The notes beneath the pieces were generated by a model. That model was given only the letters and a program-made list of their open reading frames with translations. It was not told the origin of the DNA and searched no databases. DNA of 64,000 nt from the NCBI GenBank assembly GCA_965207065.1, contig OZ242260.1, positions 1,024,001 through 1,088,000 on the forward strand, read 5' to 3'. Of this stretch, positions 57,573 to 64,000 are shown in pieces. Position 1 is the first letter of the stretch. Every line of letters starts with the position of its first letter. A program made the position numbers and the translations under genes. The DNA comes from a bacterium (GTDB lineage Bacteria; UBA8248).

Positions 57573-58361
57573 TCAGCGCGGTTTCTCGGCCGTGAACAGG
57601 TACCTGTTATGCGCGAAGAAATAAGCGCCCGCCTCGCCTTGTTCCCGCAAGTCCTCCGCCCAGGCGTCCACCTCTTCCTGCGTGAGGCCGGTGCGCTCCG
57701 GCAGGACGCCCTGAAACATGCGGATGAAGTGAAAACTGAAGCACTCGGGCCCGTAGGCGGTGTCGAGCACGGGAATCGCGTGGGCGGACGCATCGACGAA
57801 GCCCGCCGCCTCGATCCTGCGTTTGAGCGTGAGCGGCAGCCTCAGATGGGCGAAACCCTCCAGCCAGCCGGCCATCACCCGCTCACAGCGCGCCGCATCC
57901 TTGCAGTGCCACGTCGTGGAGCCCCAGTCGGCGTCGCTGACCGCGAGTCGTCCGCCGGGCTTTAAGGTGCGGTGAATCTCGCGCAGGGCCGCATCCACGT
58001 CCGCCACGAACTCGAGCGTCTGCACGCTCACGCAGGCGTCGAAATCCCCGTCTTCGAACGGGAGTGATACGGCGTCGGCGATTTGAAATCCGGCCCAGGG
58101 CTTATCGGCGCAGCGCGCCCGGGCGATCCCGAGCATCACCTCACTCAGGTCGACGCCGCGCACCATACCCGTCGGGCCGACCATCTGCGCTATCTCATCG
58201 GCGAACAGGCCGGGACCGGAACCCACGTCCAGAACGCGCGCGCCGTGGTTTAGCTTCATAGCCTCAATCGTCCGCCGCCTGGCCTCCACCATGTCCCGAG
58301 TACGGTAAATCGCTTCGGCACGGCGCGAGGCGTTTTCATCGAAATCCATCGTACCGCTCAC
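57573..58361 (-). CDS. Class I SAM-dependent methyltransferase
   Basis: VLDVGSGPG, GVDLSE, DAVSLPFEDGDFD, LKPGGR. Confidence 0.9.
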   Translation of the reverse strand: MSGTMDFDENASRRAEAIYRTRDMVEARRRTIEAMKLNHGARVLDVGSGPGLFADEIAQMVGPTGMVRGVDLSEVMLGIARARCADKPWAGFQIADAVSLPFEDGDFDACVSVQTLEFVADVDAALREIHRTLKPGGRLAVSDADWGSTTWHCKDAARCERVMAGWLEGFAHLRLPLTLKRRIEAAGFVDASAHAIPVLDTAYGPECFSFHFIRMFQGVLPERTGLTQEEVDAWAEDLREQGEAGAYFFAHNRYLFTAEKPR

Positions 58362-58423
58362 AGGCGCGCTCCTGGTGGGGATTTGTTCGGGGTTATCTTG
58401 AAAGGCCGAACTTGCCCGAGCAG

Positions 58424-58670
58424 GGGCTGTTGAAAAATTCCCGCCTCACTTGGAATAAACAACCGCCGTCATTCCGGCATCATTGCCTTTTCTGTGTAGG
58501 GGACGCATACATGCGTCCCACATGCCGGACGGGCAGGGCCGCATATCTGTAGCGCTCCCAAGAAGGGAGCGCTACCTACACGACCAATCACACCCGCTCG
58601 AGCCGATTTTCCTCCACCGCCACGTGAATACCCATACCACTCGCTTCCGAAACGGGTTTTTCAACAACTC
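58424..58670. mobile_element. Miniature element with GGGCTGTTGAAAAA ends carrying REP modules
   Basis: GGGCTGTTGAAAAA ... TTTTTCAACAACTC; interior related to 27481-27580. Confidence 0.6.
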
Positions 58671-58766
58671 CGAGCGGGAAAAGTTTGTTTGCTCCAGCCT
58701 TACAACAAGGGCGGTTCGCGAACCGTGAGGCGGACACTCAGATCCGCCCCTACGGTATGCGAATGC

Positions 58767-59162
58767 CTACGCGTTCTTGAAATACTCTTCGTCCTCGGGC
58801 CGGGCCTTCCAGTTGGGGTTGGTGGGCCATTCCAGGTGACGCGAGAGCTTGTCGCCGCCGTAGCGTACCCGGTAGAGCAGCGTGCGCTCCGGGCCGTTGG
58901 TGTATTCATGCACCTCGCCCGGAGGATGGACGATGAAGGAGCCTGGGATCACGTCCACCTCGCCGGTGGGCGTCTTCATCCTGCCGCCGCCCTTGTAACA
59001 GAAATAAATCTCCGTCGCGTGGGGGTGGCAATGGTAGGGACTCACCTGCCCGGGCTCCCAGCAGGCCACCGTCACGTCGCCCTCCTCGAAGCGGCCGAGA
59101 ATCTTCTCCACGTGTTTTTCCTTGCTGAATTCCTTTTCCTTTTCCAGATCGAAAACGTGCAT
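58767..59162 (-). CDS. Cupin domain protein
   Basis: SPYHCHPHATE, PPGEVHEYTN; AGGAG RBS before 59162. Confidence 0.88.
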   Translation of the reverse strand: MHVFDLEKEKEFSKEKHVEKILGRFEEGDVTVACWEPGQVSPYHCHPHATEIYFCYKGGGRMKTPTGEVDVIPGSFIVHPPGEVHEYTNGPERTLLYRVRYGGDKLSRHLEWPTNPNWKARPEDEEYFKNA

Positions 59163-59231
59163 CTTCTTCTCCTGTATGCGTGATTCCATCACTCCAATAA
59201 CGGGCGCGCGGACGCGGCCCCCATGAACTCC

Positions 59232-60596
59232 TTACAGCCCGCTGAACTCCTCGCATATCGCGGCCATCCACTTGGCCCCGTCTATCAGGTCCGCTATTTT
59301 GAGGTTCTCGTTCGCGCTGTGCGTGCGCGAGGTAATGCGGCCCACTCCGGTGGAGGACAGCGGAATCCCCAGGTGCTTCAAAACGATATACGTCGGCGTA
59401 CTGCCGTTGCCGAACGGGTTGATGATGGCGTCCTCCCCGTAAAGCCGATGCGACGCCGCGTTGCACGCCTTGACGATGTCGGCCTCGGGGTCGCTCTTCG
59501 CCGGGTAGGAGGTGAACAGAAGCTCCACGCCGATGTCCTCGAAGCCGTGCCTATCCAGATGCGCGCGCACGCAGTCCCTTATCTTGTAAGGGTCCTGGTT
59601 CGGCACGAGGCGGCAGTCTATCTTGGCCCGCGCGCGGGCGGAGACGATGGTCTTCACCCCCTCGCCGGTGTATCCGCCGTCAAAGCCCGCGATGTTGAAG
59701 GTCGGGTTCGCGAGATGGCGGCGCGGCAGGTCCTCGTCCTTCATGTCGAGGAGGAATTTGCGAAGCTCGAACTTCTCGATGCGCTCCGCCCCGTTGTAGG
59801 GCAGTACGCGGCGGATGAGTTCGTCCTCGATTTCGGTGATCGGCAGCACGTCGTCGTAGAAGCCCTCGACGAGCACGTTCTCGTCCTGGTCCTTCATAGT
59901 CGAGAGCGCCCACGTCATCCGCCAGGCCGCGTTCTCGTATATCTGGGCGTTCGAGCTGTGGAAATCCACGTTCGCCGTCCGGCAGGTGAGCTCCATGTAG
60001 CAGAGCCCCTTGTTGCCGAGCGAGAGCACGGGGGTATCGACGCGCGTGGTGTTGTCCTCCCACACGCAGCCGTCCGCCGCGAGTAGATCGGCGTTTTCCT
60101 TGACGAAGGGCTCGAGCGAGGGGCTTCCCACTTCTTCCTCGCCCTCGATGATGTACTTGACCGAACAAGGCAGTTCGCCGCGAACCGCGAGAAACGCCTC
60201 GAACGCCGCAAGGCGGCTCATGATGTTGCCCTTGTTGTCCGTCGATCCTCTCGCGATGACGGCCCCGTCGACAATCTCCGCGTCGAACGGCGGAGTATCC
60301 CACTCCGATAACGGCTCGGCCGGCTGCACGTCGTAGTGGTTATAGAAGAGAAGCGTCTTGTCCCCACCGCCACCGAGGCGCGCGGTGAGAATCGGGTTGC
60401 CGCCCGTCTCATGGAGCGTCGTCTTAAGGCCCGACCGCGCCACGCGGGCTTCGAGCAGGGCCGCCATCTCTCTTATCCCCACGTTGGTCGTCGAGATGCT
60501 CGGCTGGCGGCAGAGTTCCTGCAGATCCGCCACGATGCGATCCGCGTTCGCATCGATATAATCCAGCACGGCATCAAAATCCTTACCCTCGCTCAT
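59232..60596 (-). CDS. M20 family metallopeptidase (dipeptidase-like)
   Basis: YNHYDVQPA, ARGSTDNKG, EGEEEVGS, HSANE. Confidence 0.92.
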   Translation of the reverse strand: MSEGKDFDAVLDYIDANADRIVADLQELCRQPSISTTNVGIREMAALLEARVARSGLKTTLHETGGNPILTARLGGGGDKTLLFYNHYDVQPAEPLSEWDTPPFDAEIVDGAVIARGSTDNKGNIMSRLAAFEAFLAVRGELPCSVKYIIEGEEEVGSPSLEPFVKENADLLAADGCVWEDNTTRVDTPVLSLGNKGLCYMELTCRTANVDFHSSNAQIYENAAWRMTWALSTMKDQDENVLVEGFYDDVLPITEIEDELIRRVLPYNGAERIEKFELRKFLLDMKDEDLPRRHLANPTFNIAGFDGGYTGEGVKTIVSARARAKIDCRLVPNQDPYKIRDCVRAHLDRHGFEDIGVELLFTSYPAKSDPEADIVKACNAASHRLYGEDAIINPFGNGSTPTYIVLKHLGIPLSSTGVGRITSRTHSANENLKIADLIDGAKWMAAICEEFSGL

Positions 60597-60772
60597 CGCA
60601 CACTCCTCATTCGCAAAACGCCCGCGATCGACTCATCGGTTTGATTATCTGCGTGGAACAAAGATATGATCCCCGGCACTTACATTCAACCCGAAAACCC
60701 GCATTCGCGCGACTCAGACCCGGGCGTCCATGCGCTCCGTCACGTCCCGGATGCGACGCAAGGAGGTCATTC

Positions 60773-61948
60773 ATGCCCGAAGCACCCGCGAACACGAACT
60801 GGTACACGTATTTTCCCGAGGACTACCGCTGGTCGGCCGCCATCTGCGGCATGGTGTCGAGCGCGCAGTGGGGCGGGACCGAAATCGGCGAGGTCGACAA
60901 GGTCTGCCGCCGCCTCTACAAGAAGCTCGGCGACGACAACCTGTGGTTCCGCGAGTGGGACCGTATGGGCGACACCGTGCGGGATCTGGGCCGCGCCGCC
61001 GAGCGCAAGAAGCGCAATCTCTCCGCCGCCACCCACTACAAGCGCGCCACCTGCTACTACCAGATGGGCGAGCGCTTCCGGACGCCCAAGGACAAGCGCG
61101 CGGTCGCCACGTTCAAGAAATCGCTCGACACCTTCCGCCGCTTCGTGCGCCTGACGGACAGGCCCAGAATCGAGGCCGTGGAGGTTCCCTTCGAGGGCAG
61201 AAAAAAACTCCCCGGCTATCTCGTGCACGCCGAGAACACGCGGAAGAGAAAACCCCCCGTCGTCGTTTTCTTCGACGGGCTCGACGTGACCAAGGAGCTT
61301 CAGTTCACGCGCGGCGTGGAAGACCTCATCCGCCGCGGCATGAGCTGTCTGGTCATGGACGGCCCCGGCACGGGCGAGGCCATCCGCCTGCGCAACATCT
61401 ACCTGCGTCACGACTACGAAGTCGCGGGCTCGGCAGCGCTCGATTACCTCGAAACCAGAAACGACGTGGACGCCAGGAACGCCGGCGTCATGGCCGTCAG
61501 CCTGGGCGGCTACTACGCGCCGCGCATCGCCAGCATGGAGCCGCGCTACAAGGCCTGTCTCGCCTGGGGGGCGATCTGGGACTACTACGCCACCTGGAAA
61601 AAGCGAATCGACGCCTCCTTCAAGGCGGAACTCTCCGTACCGGGTCATCACATCCAGTGGATCCTGAACGCCGACTCGCTCGATGACGCCCTGGTCAAGC
61701 TGGACGGCTTCCGGCTCGACGGCGTCGTGCAGAAGATGCGGTGTCCCTTCCTCGTCACGCACGGGGCGGATGATAAGCAGATTCCGCTCCGGGACGCCAA
61801 GGCGCTCTACAACGCCGTGGGCTCGAAGGACAAGACGCTCAAGGTATTCACCGTGAAGGAAGGAGGCTCCCAGCACTGCCAGCGCGACAACTACGCCATC
61901 GGCACGGCCTACATGTTCGACTGGCTCCAGGAGAAACTCTGCGGGTAG
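60773..61948 (+). CDS. Alpha/beta hydrolase (2,6-dihydroxypseudooxynicotine hydrolase/FrsA-like)
   Basis: DGLDVTKE, DGPGTGEA, AVSLGGYYAPR, HGADD, HCQ; AGGAGG RBS. Confidence 0.85.
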   Translation: MPEAPANTNWYTYFPEDYRWSAAICGMVSSAQWGGTEIGEVDKVCRRLYKKLGDDNLWFREWDRMGDTVRDLGRAAERKKRNLSAATHYKRATCYYQMGERFRTPKDKRAVATFKKSLDTFRRFVRLTDRPRIEAVEVPFEGRKKLPGYLVHAENTRKRKPPVVVFFDGLDVTKELQFTRGVEDLIRRGMSCLVMDGPGTGEAIRLRNIYLRHDYEVAGSAALDYLETRNDVDARNAGVMAVSLGGYYAPRIASMEPRYKACLAWGAIWDYYATWKKRIDASFKAELSVPGHHIQWILNADSLDDALVKLDGFRLDGVVQKMRCPFLVTHGADDKQIPLRDAKALYNAVGSKDKTLKVFTVKEGGSQHCQRDNYAIGTAYMFDWLQEKLCG

Positions 61949-61956
61949 ACGGGAGC

Positions 61957-62029
61957 GTAGGGACAGGCCCCCGTGCCTTTCCTGCCTTCGTGTTTGCCTG
62001 TGTAGGGACAGGTCGCGGCCTGTCCCTAC
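61957..62029. repeat. GTAG-type REP pair
   Basis: GTAGGGACAGGCCCCCGTGCCTTTCC and GTAGGGACAGGTCGCGGCCTGTCCCTAC (62002-62029). Confidence 0.85.
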
Positions 62030-62039
62030 CTGAGAGACC

Positions 62040-62960
62040 ATGACCCTCTTCCACACCCACGTCATCGTCGACTGGTCGGCGCGCTCGAAGCCGAGCCCGG
62101 CCCGTCCGACGAAAGACGCCATCTGGTGGGCCGCCGCGCGCGACGGCGTGGTGAGTGAACCAGAATACGCCCGCACCCGCCAAGACGCGGTGGAGCGTTT
62201 GGCAGATATCATCGCAATGGAACTAGACGCCGCCCGCCGGGTGTTGATCGGTTTCGACTTTCCCTTCGGCTACCCGGCCGGGGTGGCGGCGCACCTGACG
62301 GGCGAGGCCTCCGCTCACGCGCTTTGGGACTGGCTGGCGGCCCGCATTGAAGATGGAGAGGACAACGCCAACAACCGCTATGAAGTCTCAGAGGCGATCA
62401 ACCGGGCCTATCCGGGAGTCGGCCCCTTCTGGGGTCGACCCGGAACCTGGCGATACCCGGACGTGCCGACACGCGAATCGCGCCGCACTCACCGCGAAGC
62501 CCATCCTCCCGAGCGGCGCATCGCCGACTCCCGCGCCAGGGGCGCCAAGACCGTCTGGCAACTGGCCTACGCCGGGTCCGTCGGCTCGCAGGTGCTCCTG
62601 GGCCTTCCCGCCATCAAGCGCCTCATCGAGCACCCGCGCCTGAATGGCCGCCTCGCCGTCTGGCCCTTCGATACCGGCTTGCGCGCGCCAGAAGCACCCG
62701 CCGTCATCGCCGAAATCTATCCCTCCCTCCTCAGGAAAGAAATTGAAGAGCGAAAGAGTGAGGGCGAGATACCGGACGCCGCACAGGTTCGCGTAAACGC
62801 GGAGGCCTTCGCCCGGCTCGACACTCTGGGCGGGCTGGGCCCCTTATTCCAAGGCGCTTCTCATCTCGACGCCGCCGAGCGCCGCATCATCGAAACGGAA
62901 GAGGCATGGATACTCGGCCTCGGCCATGAGGAGGAACTCAAAAAGGTGTTGGGCCAGTAG
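62040..62960 (+). CDS. Conserved hypothetical protein, DUF429-like (predicted RNase H-like fold)
   Basis: VIVDWSA, IGFDFPFGYP, VWPF, AEIYPS, EEAWILG. Confidence 0.7.
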   Translation: MTLFHTHVIVDWSARSKPSPARPTKDAIWWAAARDGVVSEPEYARTRQDAVERLADIIAMELDAARRVLIGFDFPFGYPAGVAAHLTGEASAHALWDWLAARIEDGEDNANNRYEVSEAINRAYPGVGPFWGRPGTWRYPDVPTRESRRTHREAHPPERRIADSRARGAKTVWQLAYAGSVGSQVLLGLPAIKRLIEHPRLNGRLAVWPFDTGLRAPEAPAVIAEIYPSLLRKEIEERKSEGEIPDAAQVRVNAEAFARLDTLGGLGPLFQGASHLDAAERRIIETEEAWILGLGHEEELKKVLGQ

Positions 62961-62982
62961 GGACAGGTCGCGACCTGTCCCC
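62957..62982. repeat. GTAG-type REP supplying the stop codon of the preceding gene
   Basis: GTAGGGACAGGTCGCGACCTGTCCC. Confidence 0.85.
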
Positions 62983-63114
62983 TGCTCATATCCCTTTAGG
63001 AAATTCCAACGCTTCAGATACAATAAACCCCGGCGGAGCTGCCAGATGCAGAGCTATGTCGCCTTACCAAGCATCTTCACCCGTCAATAATCGAGCATGC
63101 GTCTCGGGGTTCAC

Positions 63115-63675
63115 ATGCTGAAGCGATTGCTGCTCATCTGCCTAATCTGCATTCCCGTGGCCGTCTGGGGACTGTATAAGCAGGCGCGTGTTCTCGCGCC
63201 CGAGTGGAACGGGGTTTCGTGCGTCAGTGAAGTGGTTTGCCTGGAGGATGCGTCGCGCTACAGGCAAGCGGCCGCGCTGTATGATAAAGCCTACGCGTCC
63301 GTGAACGCCTCGGTCGGCGCCATCGAAAACAAGCCCCGCGCCATCTTCTGCGGCTCGCAGGCCTGTTTCGAGGCTTTCGGGTTCGACAAGGCGGCGGCGC
63401 ACACCCTAGGCGTATCCGGAATCGTGATTGGCCCGCGCGGGTGGAAAGACTACTACCTGCGTCACGAGATGATTCATCACTTGCAAGCCGAGCGGCTGGG
63501 CGTTTTCAGGCAGTGGCGAAGCCCCGATTGGTTCAAGGAGGGAATGGCTTACGCGCTCAGCCGGGACCCCCGGCCTAAACTCTCTGCGCCTTGGGGGCGA
63601 TACCGCGCGCAATTCGAGAAATGGTATCGATTCGTGGGGAAGGAACGCCTCTGGGAAGAGGCGCGGAAGTTGTAG
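63115..63675 (+). CDS. Exported hypothetical protein with HExxH motif (putative zinc metallopeptidase)
   Basis: Hydrophobic leader, LRHEMIHH, PDWFKEGMA. Confidence 0.75.
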   Translation: MLKRLLLICLICIPVAVWGLYKQARVLAPEWNGVSCVSEVVCLEDASRYRQAAALYDKAYASVNASVGAIENKPRAIFCGSQACFEAFGFDKAAAHTLGVSGIVIGPRGWKDYYLRHEMIHHLQAERLGVFRQWRSPDWFKEGMAYALSRDPRPKLSAPWGRYRAQFEKWYRFVGKERLWEEARKL

Positions 63676-63677
63676 CC

Positions 63678-63705
63678 GTAGGGACAGGTCGCGACCTGTC
63701 CTTAC
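63678..63705. repeat. GTAG-type REP palindrome
   Basis: GTAGGGACAGGTCGCGACCTGTCCTTAC. Confidence 0.85.
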
Positions 63706-63979
63706 CACAGATTCGATTATGAATATGCCGTGAGATGATTCGATTCCATAACGCCATTCCGGCTACGCCCGGCGGCCCCCTCCCCGAAAGCAACCCCCAT
63801 CCCCGATGACGCACGTAACAACGCTGTGGTATAAGTTTTTTTATTGGAACAATATAGCGAGGAAGCCCGAATTTCGAAGAACTGCCGGATTGAAGAATCC
63901 GTTTTTCTCGATTTTCCCGCGCCATCCCTCAATAGATATTTGCACGATAATATTCAATTTCACGTAAGGAGAACGCCTC

Positions 63980-64000
63980 ATGGCAAAAGCCGCACAAGCC
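63980..64000 (+). CDS. Start of a gene truncated by the window end
   Basis: AAGGAG RBS then ATG GCA AAA GCC... Confidence 0.55.

Noticed and set aside
60773-63705. Classical integron cassette array
   Set aside because: No intI in the window; the palindromes are 28-bp GTAG REPs without attC RYYYAAC/GTTRRRY ends

Overview
Mostly GC-rich bacterial chromosomal segment with about 55 protein-coding genes. I found no rRNA, tRNA, CRISPR array, integrase or transposase. Left part: peptidoglycan turnover/recycling genes (TPR lytic transglycosylase, anmK, nagA, D-aminoacylase, M20 hydrolases), gluconeogenesis genes (class I aldolase, fbp), transporters and toxin-antitoxin genes. Two regions look AT-richer by eye. 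The first is a ~6.4 kb island of exported ankyrin/helical proteins (29.6-35.9 kb). The second is a ~12 kb block (37.3-49.7 kb) with a GAF-GAF-degenerate-GGDEF/mreB pair, aroE, an orphan molybdoenzyme subunit and a hydrolase-permease-CoA transferase-ECF sigma operon. The ankyrin island plus a taurine-type ABC importer suggest a marine invertebrate (e.g. sponge) symbiont, which is an inference only. Highlights: (1) a stand-alone PrdB/GrdB-like selenoprotein split by the ORF track at an in-frame UGA (U-G-L-C, with a SECIS-like hairpin), next to a cysteine dioxygenase and tauABC; (2) a small GIY-YIG nuclease gene bracketed by inverted CGTC-type REP palindromes, resembling a REP-RAYT module with a different enzyme; (3) many nested miniature repeats, including elements with shared ends but different interiors and palindromes that punctuate consecutive accessory genes. 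All calls come from reading motifs by eye; no database searches were run.
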